Origin: a virus | Taxonomy: Duplodnaviria > Heunggongvirae > Uroviricota > Caudoviricetes | Direction: 5' to 3' (one strand) | DNA: 56,140 nucleotides | Virus record (IMG/VR): IMGVR_UViG_2563366805_000004 | Span: 1 to 56,140 of that record | Shown here: positions 42,341 through 52,217 of the stretch, one piece after another | How the letters are laid out: every line of letters begins with the position of its first letter | Numbering within the stretch: position 1 is the stretch's first letter | The notes under the pieces: model-generated | Told to the model about the DNA's origin: nothing | The model's database searches: none | The model's input: the letters and a program-made list of their open reading frames with translations, nothing else | Program-made: the position numbers and the translations under genes

Positions 42341-43849
42341 TTATTCTTCGGACTGGTCGTCGATGTGCTGCGGCTCCTGTCGTTTCGTTGCGGCACTGCT
42401 GCCTCCTTTATCACTGGCCGGATCGGTATCAAATACCAGATCCAGCTTGCGGTTTTCATCAATTTCGGCCTTGCGCCGACGTTTGACATCATCCGGATTA
42501 CGACCACCAGCACGTACCCAGTCTGATTCTGTCGCCGCTCCACCACGAATCTGGATTTTCCAGGCCTCAGCCTCCTTAACAGGGTCAATCCACGGCATCA
42601 CCGGTCCGGAATACACCGCGGTATACAGTGAAGAACGGTCAAGATCGCGGGGTAGCCTGATAACACCGGATGCCACAGCCTGTTTCAGCCAGGCACGGTA
42701 CATCGGGCGGGTGACGGCACCAATAAACCAGTCCTGCAGGATCAGGTAGCCATCAGTGGATTCAACCAGCTCCTGACGCTGGGCGCTGTAAGTGCCGTTA
42801 TAGTTGCGCGCTGTACTGGAAAAACTCAGACGACTGCCAGCCGCCACTGCACGCAACTGACCATTACGAAAAGTTTCAAGGTTAGGATTGGGACGATCCG
42901 ACTTCACCATTCCGATTTCTTCGCCGGGTTTCAGATCGTCGTAAATAATGCCTGGCTGAATGGTAAGCTCGCGTTCCTTATCCTTGCTGCCATTACCATC
43001 CGGTTCATAGCTCTGCCCGTCGCCTTTGCGGATGTACATCCCCAGAGCAGCGGCGATCCTTGCTGCAGTCAGCTCAGAATCTTCATACTCTTTCAGGGCA
43101 CTGAGGCGGATCAGTACACCGGACAATAAAGACGTCCCGCGCATCTGGTGCAGACGGCGAACAAATTTAAGATGCAGCATTCGCTCTGCATCCACTTCTT
43201 TGGTTTCCATCTGCCGTCCGGATACAGGACGACTTTTATACACCAGATATTTTTCGGGACGCCCCCAGTCATCAACAAACACGCCCTGATTCAGCCTGTT
43301 GCTCTCATCACTGGTCATGGGAATAAAGTCCGGCTCGAGTGCCTCCAGCCAGAAATGAACACCGGCAGAAGGCGTCAGGCTGTTTATGCGCCCGGAAACC
43401 ATCTGGGCAAACACCTCACCATCGCGCAGCCAGGTACGCAGCATCAGACGTTCCAGCATCGGACGGGTAAACTGCCCGGTGACTTCCGGGCTGACAGACC
43501 ATTCACTCCATCGGGTGCGAATCTCCGCAGCCAGGTCACGGGCAATGGCCCCATTGCGTAATACCGGATGTGGCTCGACAATAATCCCGTTTTTCCCCAC
43601 CACCCGTTCTTCCAGCTTGTCAAATACACCAATGACCAGATCGTGGTTGTTATCAAGGTAACGGGCCTGCTCACGTAACGACACGGCCCCGTACTGGCTT
43701 AACTGGTCGGCAGTTCGGTTTTCCCGCCGGGCTTTGTGTGTCCGCGTCGTTTTTACGGCCTCATAAGCCTGGATCACCGCACGGGAACGCAGCCTTGCCG
43801 CTTTCCATCCTGGTGAAAAAACGCCAATCACATCATCAAGAATTGCCAT
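42341..43849 (-). CDS. Portal protein
   Basis: Start moved to MAILDDVIGVF (TGATG overlap with W stop); position between W and the protease-capsid gene. Confidence 0.75.
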   Translation of the reverse strand: MAILDDVIGVFSPGWKAARLRSRAVIQAYEAVKTTRTHKARRENRTADQLSQYGAVSLREQARYLDNNHDLVIGVFDKLEERVVGKNGIIVEPHPVLRNGAIARDLAAEIRTRWSEWSVSPEVTGQFTRPMLERLMLRTWLRDGEVFAQMVSGRINSLTPSAGVHFWLEALEPDFIPMTSDESNRLNQGVFVDDWGRPEKYLVYKSRPVSGRQMETKEVDAERMLHLKFVRRLHQMRGTSLLSGVLIRLSALKEYEDSELTAARIAAALGMYIRKGDGQSYEPDGNGSKDKERELTIQPGIIYDDLKPGEEIGMVKSDRPNPNLETFRNGQLRAVAAGSRLSFSSTARNYNGTYSAQRQELVESTDGYLILQDWFIGAVTRPMYRAWLKQAVASGVIRLPRDLDRSSLYTAVYSGPVMPWIDPVKEAEAWKIQIRGGAATESDWVRAGGRNPDDVKRRRKAEIDENRKLDLVFDTDPASDKGGSSAATKRQEPQHIDDQSEE

Positions 43850-44067
43850 CAGAACCTCGCCAGCCGGTACCCGGGATGCCCCCGTCGTCGTGTAATCAGA
43901 GCCGCAAGGCGGCGCTCCCACTCCTGCCGTCCCTGCCGGATCTCAGATAAGTTTTCCATGGTCATCTGCTGACCATTAAAGGTGACGGATTTTCCGTCCA
44001 GCACCGCCATTTCAGCTTCCGTATAACGCTGAATCATGGCTTCGATATCATTCTGGTTCATAACCAT
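43849..44067 (-). CDS. W: Head-to-tail joining protein W-like
   Basis: 72 aa; between terminase large subunit and portal; C-terminus RRRGHPGYRLARF resembles lambda W. Confidence 0.6.
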   Translation of the reverse strand: MVMNQNDIEAMIQRYTEAEMAVLDGKSVTFNGQQMTMENLSEIRQGRQEWERRLAALITRRRGHPGYRLARF

Positions 44068-46160
44068 CCTCCGGAAGTCAGCCAGGGGTTAACATCGTCA
44101 GTTACTGTTTTCTTCCGTTTTTGTTTTTTAACAGGCGTGGATACCGGTTCCGGTGAGGGTGACGGTTCGGTACTGTCCGGGACACACTCCAGCCAGGTTT
44201 CCCGGCTCGCCCATTCCGGTACATCCGGCCAGCGGATCTTTTCGTATCCATGCAGAATGACCAGAGCCTCGGCATACACCATCAGGTCAAAGGCTTCGTT
44301 GGCACCGCGCCCCGGCTTACTCCATTTCCCGTCACTGCTCCGCTCTTCATACGTCAGTTCGTCGTAAAACCAGCTCCCCAGCCAGTCAGGAAAATGCACA
44401 TAGCCGGGACCTGGCGAGTCACGCCATAACGCGTTATTCACCCGGTCTTTCAGGGCATCCGTCTGAAGAAGCCAGAGCGGCACATCACCTGCGGCCTGCG
44501 CCCGTCGGCCCGTTCGTCCGGTGTTATCAGGGAATGTACGGGTGATCAGTTTTGCGCGCCGGATGCTGTCGCCCTTAAACAGGTAAATACGTTTACCAAG
44601 GCCATCACGACGGCAACGACGCCAGAATTTATAGGCATTATCAGTGACCCCGTCTTCACCGCCGGAGTCCACCGCCATTGCCATCAGTCGCATTTGTTGA
44701 GAAGGATCGGAGGCCAGCGGCCAGCTTTTATGAAAAACATCCGTCAGCAGGACATCCCAGTCTTCCGGATAGCTGGCCGGATCAATTCGCTGGCTCTCCC
44801 CGTCGCTGTCACCGCGCAATGACTGCGTGATGTTGTAACGATCAATAATCCAGCGTTCGCCACGGCTGCCATAGCCCGTTACCTGAACCACAAAACGGCG
44901 ATGACGTCCCGCCTGCACATCCACTGTCGCCACAAGGAAATTAACGCCATCCGGCACACTGCGGGAAGGAACTGGCTCTGCCCGCTGCTCAAGCAGTTCA
45001 CTTTTTCGTTGCTCCATGCTGGCGCGGGGAAGATAAGGTAATCCCCAGTCAGTATTGATAACCGCCCTGAGTGTTTCTTCACTTCCGGTTGTCTCGTATT
45101 CCTGTTCTGCAGTAAGCAGTTTGTAAACGAGTTGCGAGAGTGTCTGGTAAGCAGCTGCCGGACCCTCCATCCAGAATGACGCAATACGTGAGCGTCGGGG
45201 ATCACCATAACGACTACCATCCGCATTGATGGATTCACCATCCCGCAACCAGACCCCACGTCCGTTCAGCTCACGTTTTTGTTCAGGCATAATCCGTCCT
45301 GAACAGGAAGGACACTGAATATAAGCCGCCTCACTTGCCAGCACGGGATCGGCAATATCACGGAAACCAGCAACCACATCGCCGCAGGGCTGAAAATACT
45401 CACCACAGTGTGGACAGGGCCAGTACCAGCGACGGCGATCGCCACGGTTATAGAGCGACAGTATCCCCGTGGTTGGTGGAGCCTCATGCGGTGAAGTCCG
45501 TCGCCATTTCACATCCTTCACATCCCTGCCGGGGGAACTCTCCACCAGCGTCATACCACTGGACATAAATGTTGTGGTACGTTTTGAGGCAAGAGAGAAA
45601 GCATCCCCCTCGCCATCAATATCTTCCGGAAAACGGTCATAATCCGTCAGCGCGACGCATTTATAATCTGATGAGGACATGATATTGACTGACGGCCAGC
45701 CGATTTTCAGGTAGTTACCAGCAAGGAATGTTCTGTCATAAACGTTGTTGTCATTTTTGTTCGGACTCAGGCGACTGACCACTTCCGGGCTGACGCGAAT
45801 CGTTCTGGCGAGTCGTTTTTTGGAGTGTTCGCGGGCTTTTTCCTCCGTCATCTGAATGATCAGCATATCAGCAGGATCGCAAATCACGTTGTAAATCACC
45901 CAGCCGTCAATCAGGCCGATAGTCTTGCCGGTTCGTGCCGGGCCAACAAATATCACTGCGTCGTATTCACGCGAGGCCAGGCAGTTCATCGGCTCAATAA
46001 CATACGGTGCCACCAGCGGATCCCACGGGACTGAGTTCCCTGCCCCCATGGGCACCCGCATATACTGAGCAACGGCATCAGCAACCCGCATTCGCCTCGG
46101 TGCGCGAAGGATATAACCTGAATCGGTTCGTGCTGCCTTTGCGGTTTCCTGATTCAGCAT
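44058..46160 (-). CDS. Terminase large subunit (lambda GpA family)
   Basis: 700 aa; Walker A VGPARTGKT and CPHCGEYF zinc-binding motif. Confidence 0.85.
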   Translation of the reverse strand: MLNQETAKAARTDSGYILRAPRRMRVADAVAQYMRVPMGAGNSVPWDPLVAPYVIEPMNCLASREYDAVIFVGPARTGKTIGLIDGWVIYNVICDPADMLIIQMTEEKAREHSKKRLARTIRVSPEVVSRLSPNKNDNNVYDRTFLAGNYLKIGWPSVNIMSSSDYKCVALTDYDRFPEDIDGEGDAFSLASKRTTTFMSSGMTLVESSPGRDVKDVKWRRTSPHEAPPTTGILSLYNRGDRRRWYWPCPHCGEYFQPCGDVVAGFRDIADPVLASEAAYIQCPSCSGRIMPEQKRELNGRGVWLRDGESINADGSRYGDPRRSRIASFWMEGPAAAYQTLSQLVYKLLTAEQEYETTGSEETLRAVINTDWGLPYLPRASMEQRKSELLEQRAEPVPSRSVPDGVNFLVATVDVQAGRHRRFVVQVTGYGSRGERWIIDRYNITQSLRGDSDGESQRIDPASYPEDWDVLLTDVFHKSWPLASDPSQQMRLMAMAVDSGGEDGVTDNAYKFWRRCRRDGLGKRIYLFKGDSIRRAKLITRTFPDNTGRTGRRAQAAGDVPLWLLQTDALKDRVNNALWRDSPGPGYVHFPDWLGSWFYDELTYEERSSDGKWSKPGRGANEAFDLMVYAEALVILHGYEKIRWPDVPEWASRETWLECVPDSTEPSPSPEPVSTPVKKQKRKKTVTDDVNPWLTSGGWL

Positions 46161-46654
46161 TACTCCTCCTGCTGTAATTCCTCCTCATCATCCGCACCTG
46201 CTTCGGTCACCCGCAGGGCTATCTGATCGCGCAGATCATCAATAATGGACTGAACACGGCTCACAGCGGCAGGCTGCAGACCGCAGTCACGTTCCAGAAT
46301 ATCCGGTAATGTCTCCAGCACCTGCACGACCGCTTTTGCCCAGATGGCAAACTCCCGTCTGACATCACTGGCCGGAATGAGTTGCGCCGTTTCCTGTTCG
46401 AACTTAAGACGCTCACGTTCAGACTGATACCAGGCTTTGCGCTCATGCGCGTCCATTTCGCCTTCTGCAACCGGCGGTGGTAATGCCAGAAATGCCGACA
46501 CAATATCAACCACCCGATAAAGCTTGAGGTTGCTTTCATGCCCCCCTGCAACGGGTAGATTTTGCAGCCTTGCCGCAGCAGTCTGGCGATGTACACCTGA
46601 CAGTGCCGCCAGTTGACTGATATTCAGCGTCAGATTTTTTAACTCTCGATCCAT
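46160..46654 (-). CDS. Terminase small subunit
   Basis: 164 aa; N-terminal HTH (LNISQLAALSGVHRQTAAARL), acidic C-terminus; 1-nt overlap with large subunit. Confidence 0.6.
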   Translation of the reverse strand: MDRELKNLTLNISQLAALSGVHRQTAAARLQNLPVAGGHESNLKLYRVVDIVSAFLALPPPVAEGEMDAHERKAWYQSERERLKFEQETAQLIPASDVRREFAIWAKAVVQVLETLPDILERDCGLQPAAVSRVQSIIDDLRDQIALRVTEAGADDEEELQQEE

Positions 46655-47469
46655 ACCCGCTCCAGAATGTTTTAAACATGCATCTTGCGAACAACTTTAG
46701 GCAAACGGTGTTAGTGATGAACAAAAAACAATCAAAATCGACACCATAAAAATAAAACCAATGTAATATCAATGCATTACAGTAGTGGTGATGACGAATG
46801 AAATTTCAAAAACTAGCCTTTTCCCGCGCCGCTCCCGCCCCGTGGCAGGCCACCCCACCGGGAGGACCCGTCAGCCTGACAGCTCTGACGAACGTCTGAT
46901 ACAACGCCTTGCATGAATGGCATCGGGATAATCCAGAAAGGCATAGCATCGCGCCCACAAGAATCTGTGTAAGTGTCCTGTTTCTTCCACCCCCGCACAG
47001 GACTGGCGAGCATGAGGGACAAACCCGCGAACCATAAACGCGGTAAAAACCCGGTGTGCATCGTTTTTGATTATTCCCGCACACTCGCGCAGAAGGAGTT
47101 CCCCGTCGGGCTACGGTCTCTGTTAATACGGGAATACGGCGACGATACAGCGCATGATGTGTCAGGCTTGAATACCTTTATCCGTTAAAAGGGATATCAG
47201 TTAAGCTATCCCGTGTAGGGTATAAGCCATTATCAAAGCCACTCTGTAGGGAGTGGCTTTTGTAATGGCAATAAAAAGCCCCGCGAATGCGAGGCTAAAT
47301 CCTGGTATTTGTAATGACTGGCTCTTATCTCAACGCAGCCCCTTACCGCGCGCAAGATGCTCAATATCAAGCATCAGCAATGAGATGTTTAATCTGGATT
47401 CACTCCAGAAGTGATCACCATCCTGTCTACAGAGCCAGATGTGAAGGATGATGAGTAAAATTATCGCTA

Positions 47470-47937
47470 TCATCGAAGGCATTGCGTCCTGATGTATTCC
47501 TGAAGCGTTCTCAGTGCTGTTTGGTCGCGGATAATTCCGTCCCGGATACCGAGAACGTTTCGTCCAGCAACTGGAGAGAGTTCGACGGTGGCATCATTGC
47601 CCATGCCGGAGGCGCTGGAGGTTTCGGCTGAGGATGGCACAGGGCATTTTCCTTTGACGAACACCCGACCACCATTATCAAGCTTGCGCCGAAGAGCATC
47701 ATTTTTAGCTTTCGCATCAGCTAACTCCTTCGTGTATTTAGCATCGAGTGCATCAGCAGAACGCTGGCGCTGCTGCATGTCAGTAATGGTGGCGGTCGCC
47801 TCCTTCAGCTCACTGACTTTTTTATCTCGCTGTTCTTTGTAGGCGATGGCGTTATCACGGTAATGATTGACCGCCCACGACAGGCAGACGATGATGCAGA
47901 TAACCAGAGCGGAGATAATCGCGGTTACTCTGCTCAT
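47470..47937 (-). CDS. Rz: i-spanin Rz
   Basis: N-terminal TM anchor then coiled-coil; 4-nt overlap with endolysin stop. Confidence 0.75.
   Translation of the reverse strand: MSRVTAIISALVICIIVCLSWAVNHYRDNAIAYKEQRDKKVSELKEATATITDMQQRQRSADALDAKYTKELADAKAKNDALRRKLDNGGRVFVKGKCPVPSSAETSSASGMGNDATVELSPVAGRNVLGIRDGIIRDQTALRTLQEYIRTQCLR
47511..47717 (-). CDS. Rz1: o-spanin Rz1 (embedded in Rz, +1 frame)
   Basis: Lipobox (VVGC) followed by Pro-rich segment [11 protein letters not shown], fully nested in Rz. Confidence 0.65.
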   Translation of the reverse strand: MRKLKMMLFGASLIMVVGCSSKENALCHPQPKPPAPPAWAMMPPSNSLQLLDETFSVSGTELSATKQH

Positions 47938-48431
47938 TGTTGCCCCCACAAACAGACTTCACGCTCAATCTCACGACGAGTCATCAGGCCTTTCCATTGC
48001 TTACCGCCAGCGTATATCCAGCGACGTAGCTGGTCACATGCGCCTTTGATATCGCCCTGGTTTATTTTGCGAAGAAGCGTCGATGTTCTGAAATTGCCAG
48101 CACCCACGTTGTAGACGAACGAGTAAAGAGCGCCGCGCGTTGTTTCCGGTATATCGACTTTGATGTACGGGTTAATTTGTCTGGCAACCGTGGCAAGGTC
48201 TTTATTCAGGAGGGCTTTGCATTCTGCTTCGGTATACGTTTTACCGAGCATGATGTCTTTTCCGGTGTGTCCGTGACATACAGTCCATACGCCAACGATA
48301 TCTTTGTATGGTATGTAACTGACACCTTCCAGGCCATCGTCACCACTTGGGCCAGTGATTAACACTGATGCTATAGCAATTGCTCCGCCACCAATAGCAG
48401 CAGCAACTGCTTTTCGTAATGATGGAGGCAT
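47934..48431 (-). CDS. R: SAR endolysin (T4-lysozyme-like, R21-type)
   Basis: N-terminal Gly/Ala-rich SAR domain [17 protein letters not shown]; lysozyme catalytic region. Confidence 0.85.
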   Translation of the reverse strand: MPPSLRKAVAAAIGGGAIAIASVLITGPSGDDGLEGVSYIPYKDIVGVWTVCHGHTGKDIMLGKTYTEAECKALLNKDLATVARQINPYIKVDIPETTRGALYSFVYNVGAGNFRTSTLLRKINQGDIKGACDQLRRWIYAGGKQWKGLMTRREIEREVCLWGQQ

Positions 48432-48646
48432 TATTCACCTCTCGCAGCCTTGCGCTTATCTTCTTTAATCTTGAAATAAAGGTTTGTCAGGTACGTCAGC
48501 AGGCCAAATACCAGACTACCCAGCACACCTATTGCCGCCCACTGTGAGGGCGTGACTTTATCGAGCAACTGTAAAAACCAGTACCCGGCACTACCTGCTG
48601 AGGTGCCATAGGCGACACCCGTTGTTAACTTATCCATGGATTTCAT
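48431..48646 (-). CDS. S: Class II holin (S21-type), dual-start motif
   Basis: Start [26 protein letters not shown] with GAGGTGGGG RBS; MKSM dual start typical of antiholin/holin pair. Confidence 0.8.
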
Positions 48647-48713
48647 AACCCCACCTCGCAGATGCGGGTGCTGTGTAATGGAAATAAAAAGGCCACCTGA
48701 CGTGGCCACCAGA

Positions 48714-49766
48714 TTATTTCCCCACCAGCTCGTTTATCTCTTTCACTGTCTGGTTAAACCGCTCTGACTCAAGCTCAACACCTAAGGCCCGACGCCCCAG
48801 CGCCATTGCTGCTTTTATTGTGGAACCGGATCCCATAAAAAAATCAGCAACCAGATCACCAGGTCGACTACTGGCATTGATTATTTGCCTGAGCATATCC
48901 ACTGGTTTCTCACACGGATGTTTACCCGGGTAGAACTGAACGGGTTTATGCATCCAGACATCGGTATAAGGCACGGAGACTGATACGGAGAAATAGCGCC
49001 GGAGAGATTTAAACTCATCCAGCAATTCAGAATATTTGCGATTCAGTGAATCATAAGATGCCACCAGCTGGTGGTGTGGTTGTTCCAGTTGTTGTTCCTG
49101 AAACTTCTCTGCCGCTATACGGGAAAACAGTGCCTGTAACTTCCGATAGTCAGCCTCATTCGGCAACTGCCACTGACTGGCACCAAACCAGTGGGAAACC
49201 ATATTTTTCTTACCTGTGGCTTCGGCAATTTGTTTTGCCGTTATACCCAGTTCGGCACGAGCATCCCTGAAATACGATATCAGCGGTGCCATTATGTGCT
49301 GTTTGAGTTCCCTTTCTTTTGCCGCATAGCCGTCACTTTTGCCGCGATATGGCCCCTGGTAATGTTCAGCAAACAGAACGCGCTCTGTGGCAGGAAAATA
49401 TGCGCGCAGACTTTCTTTATTACACCCATTCCAACGTCCGGACGGCTTCGCCCAGATGATATGGTTAAGCACGTTGAAACGTTCACGCATCATGATCTCA
49501 ATATCAGATGCCAGGCGATGCCCACAGAACAGGTAAAGGCTTCCGGCAGGTTTCAACACCCGCCAGAACTGGGCCAGACAGTGGTCCAGCCACTTAAGGT
49601 AATCTTCGTCCCCTTTCCACTGATTGTCCCAACCGTTGGGTTTCACCTTGAAGTAAGGCGGATCGGTAACAATCAGGTCAATGGAATCATCAGGCAGGGA
49701 CTGAATAAAATGCAGGCAATCAGCGTTGATTAAATCAACACTGTTTATTTTTACAGTATTTTTCAT
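48714..49766 (-). CDS. Phage DNA N6/N4 methyltransferase
   Basis: 350 aa; TDPPYF motif near N-terminus and FMGSGST near C-terminus. Confidence 0.8.
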
Positions 49767-49916
49767 GGATCAGTAAGCGTAACTCTGGTAGGCTCACTCT
49801 GCTTTTGCGCTAAAGCAGTGGGCCGTGGTTCGCTTGTGACCAGTAAGCATGAGCGAATGGCTGGCAGGTGCTACCAACACCCACCAGCCGCCCATTTTCA
49901 CAGCAGGAAACCGCCA

Positions 49917-50120
49917 TTACTGGCAGCGTCTGAATTTATTCCCGTACCCGCCGTTATCCTTCGCCAGACCCGCCAGAACTAACTGAGTCAGTATTAACTG
50001 GCACCGGGCTTCGCTTACTCCGGTAGTTCTCGTCATCATGCGTGGCGTTACCCACTTGTCAGCAGGTAAGAAATGAAGGACTGCGGCGGCGGTTTCTGTC
50101 ATATCTTGCTGTTTTAGCAT
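49917..50120 (-). CDS. Small hypothetical protein (67 aa)
   Basis: Start at MLKQQDM with AAGGGA RBS; lies between the cassette and the methyltransferase. Confidence 0.35.
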   Translation of the reverse strand: MLKQQDMTETAAAVLHFLPADKWVTPRMMTRTTGVSEARCQLILTQLVLAGLAKDNGGYGNKFRRCQ

Positions 50121-50240
50121 GTCTTTTCCCTTCTGGTTAACATGACATACCAATAACTCTTGTCTAAAAAGCCAGCAAGATAAAAAGCCAGTATTCACGA
50201 CCACCAGCGTGTTTACTGTACTGCACAAGGTTTACAGGTA

Positions 50241-50263
50241 CAAAAAAACCGCTCAGCGGCGGG
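50241..50263 (-). terminator. Rho-independent terminator on minus strand (candidate tR'-like)
   Basis: Minus strand reads ccgc tga gcgg followed by ttttttt. Confidence 0.5.
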
Positions 50264-50384
50264 TTTAAGTTGTGTGGCGAAGTAACCACTCTTAACACGA
50301 TATAATACTTTTTGCGTACGCGTTAGGATTTTTATAAACTATGCGTCCCCATTCTCGCTATCTTTAGTCGGTCCTGGAATACAC

Positions 50385-51311
50385 ATGAAAGTTAGAAGCA
50401 TAGGATTTACAATAAATAACAATAACAAAAATATTAATACCGTTGACGTAATGAATGCTTTTATCAACGCATCAAACAGAGAACACAGTCGCACAGACTA
50501 TACTCGTAAAATTCTCATTTCGGATGTGAATGATTTCTATTATGGATTAGTTGTCACATTCAGAAACCAAAAAAAGAACTGTAAGTCGCAATTTGTTGAT
50601 GGTAAATTCCAGCTTAAAATTGAAGATCTTCAAGGAAGTGACAAACTTGCTAATTTCAACTTTTTCTTAATTAAAAAATCTAATCTTTCTGGTCTCTATA
50701 TGTATCACCACGGTTCATGCAGTCTGAACACTCTCTTTTCTCATTTAGAAACAATAAGTAATGAATTTATCAGAAATCAAAATAAAGAAGAAATAAAAAA
50801 ACTTGGTGATAAACCAAAACAAAAAGAAGTAACTGCAATAAATAAAAAATACAAAGAAAGACTGACTTTCAGCCTTATGACAAATAAAAACAACATTCAG
50901 AGTGTTTTATGTCAATTCAAAGAGATTAAAAGCACAAGCTTTAAATTTAATTATATAGATTTTAAAGGTGGACCAATGACTGCGCTTGAACAATTTGTTA
51001 ACACCACCACAATAGATATGAATTTTAATTCTAGCGACAGAACAAAAGTGCAACAACTATCTCAGAATCTTTCAAATATTTATAATTCTATGAGTGGAGT
51101 TGCTAAAGCACAGGTTATTGCAGTAAACCATGCAGGAATAGAAAAAACCATTGATTTTATGAACTGCCCTGTTTTTTTTGAAACATACGATTTCGATATA
51201 ATTGCCGATAAAGTCAATGGATTGACAAACGATAATTATACAACAAACCCTGTTTTTGATATGATAAAAGAAGAAATGCTGAACGGGACGAATAAAAATG
51301 CCTTTATATGA
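50385..51311 (+). CDS. Hypothetical 308-aa soluble protein, first gene of AT-rich two-gene cassette
   Basis: Asn/Lys-rich ORF on the strand opposite to all flanking phage genes; no motif recognised by eye. Confidence 0.65.
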   Translation: MKVRSIGFTINNNNKNINTVDVMNAFINASNREHSRTDYTRKILISDVNDFYYGLVVTFRNQKKNCKSQFVDGKFQLKIEDLQGSDKLANFNFFLIKKSNLSGLYMYHHGSCSLNTLFSHLETISNEFIRNQNKEEIKKLGDKPKQKEVTAINKKYKERLTFSLMTNKNNIQSVLCQFKEIKSTSFKFNYIDFKGGPMTALEQFVNTTTIDMNFNSSDRTKVQQLSQNLSNIYNSMSGVAKAQVIAVNHAGIEKTIDFMNCPVFFETYDFDIIADKVNGLTNDNYTTNPVFDMIKEEMLNGTNKNAFI

Positions 51312-51846
51312 ATGGCTAATAAATAAAAGATTGAGGTATCAGTACCTTACACTGCTTGCATTCTCGATCCTGGCATTGCTTGCACTTTACCTATTGTACA
51401 GAAACACACCTAAAGTAAGTGTTAACTTTTTTGATTTTTATCATAAAAACTTACGAGGCTATCTCTTCTCCGGTTTTATTTCCGTGGGCTCATTTTTATT
51501 GAGCCTGCATACCTTTGTCATAATAAATTTACGCGATAAGGTTTTTGCAACTCAGGAATATAAGGAAATTTATAGCATTGCCACTGGTATACCTATTGAC
51601 AAAATCAATGATAGTGTACTTTATAAACCTTTAGACAATTTATCCTCATTTATTAATACATCAATATTATGTTCTATCACAACAGCAATTGCACAATTCA
51701 CTATTGGGCTTTCAACTAATTTATATGCATGCTTATTTTGCGTATGGCTTGCAATACTAACGGTATTTCTTTTATTACATTGCCTCATCATAATCAGACA
51801 AAATATTAAAATTTTATTAAAGCAACAGAGAAAAAAAGGGGGGTAA
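51298..51846 (+). CDS. Hypothetical 182-aa integral membrane protein (4 predicted TM helices), second gene of cassette
   Basis: Overlaps upstream gene by 14 nt; four hydrophobic segments at approx. aa 16-34, 54-78, 115-137, 141-166; basic C-terminus. Confidence 0.65.
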   Translation: MPLYEWLINKRLRYQYLTLLAFSILALLALYLLYRNTPKVSVNFFDFYHKNLRGYLFSGFISVGSFLLSLHTFVIINLRDKVFATQEYKEIYSIATGIPIDKINDSVLYKPLDNLSSFINTSILCSITTAIAQFTIGLSTNLYACLFCVWLAILTVFLLLHCLIIIRQNIKILLKQQRKKGG

Positions 51847-51853
51847 TCCCCCC
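51838..51853. terminator. GGGGGG-TAAT-CCCCCC hairpin between convergent cassette gene and Q
   Basis: Perfect 6-bp G/C stem; A-run on plus side gives T7 run after the hairpin on the minus strand, 5 nt after the Q stop; cassette stop codon sits in the loop. Confidence 0.6.
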
Positions 51854-51858
51854 TAATA

Positions 51859-52200
51859 TTACAACATTGAAAGCACACCATCCAGAAAACCAAGAGCTGT
51901 TTGCAACTCTTTTCTTATTGTCCCATCAGAACACTTCTGCTTCTTTGCAATAGTTCTTAGTGAGATGCCGATAACAAAATGAGCAATAACCAACTCATAC
52001 TCTTCGGGCTTATATTTCCGCAATCGCGCAACACAGCTGTCAATCATGATTCCTTCATCATCATCGCATTGTTGGCGTGTTTTCTTTCCATGAGGTAGTA
52101 AACCTTTAAACCCTGCAGCAACAGGCTGCCAGTCCACACCACTGTTATCTGCTGCAGCCCATGCACCCCAGCGGTCCAATACTTCATACATATCACGCAT
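51859..52200 (-). CDS. Late-gene antiterminator Q (QuuD-like)
   Basis: MRDMYEVLDRWGAWAA…GFKGL…CDDD matches recollected QuuD family; start chosen by homology (listed ORF starts 15 nt upstream at 52215). Confidence 0.75.
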   Translation of the reverse strand: MRDMYEVLDRWGAWAAADNSGVDWQPVAAGFKGLLPHGKKTRQQCDDDEGIMIDSCVARLRKYKPEEYELVIAHFVIGISLRTIAKKQKCSDGTIRKELQTALGFLDGVLSML

Positions 52201-52217
52201 CAACTTTCTCCACAAAA

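Noticed and set aside
46806-47188. Small ORFs (92, 82, 71 aa) in the Rz-to-terminase intergenic region, and a possible bor-like lipoprotein
   Set aside because: Overlapping, GC-rich-artefact-like translations with no signal peptide or lipobox; region is more plausibly the non-coding cos/packaging region.
49770-50230. tRNA genes between Q and the lysis cassette, as seen in Stx phages
   Set aside because: No canonical T-loop (GTTCGAATC-like) with flanking stems or acceptor/CCA arrangement found by eye; a proper tRNAscan would be needed to be certain.
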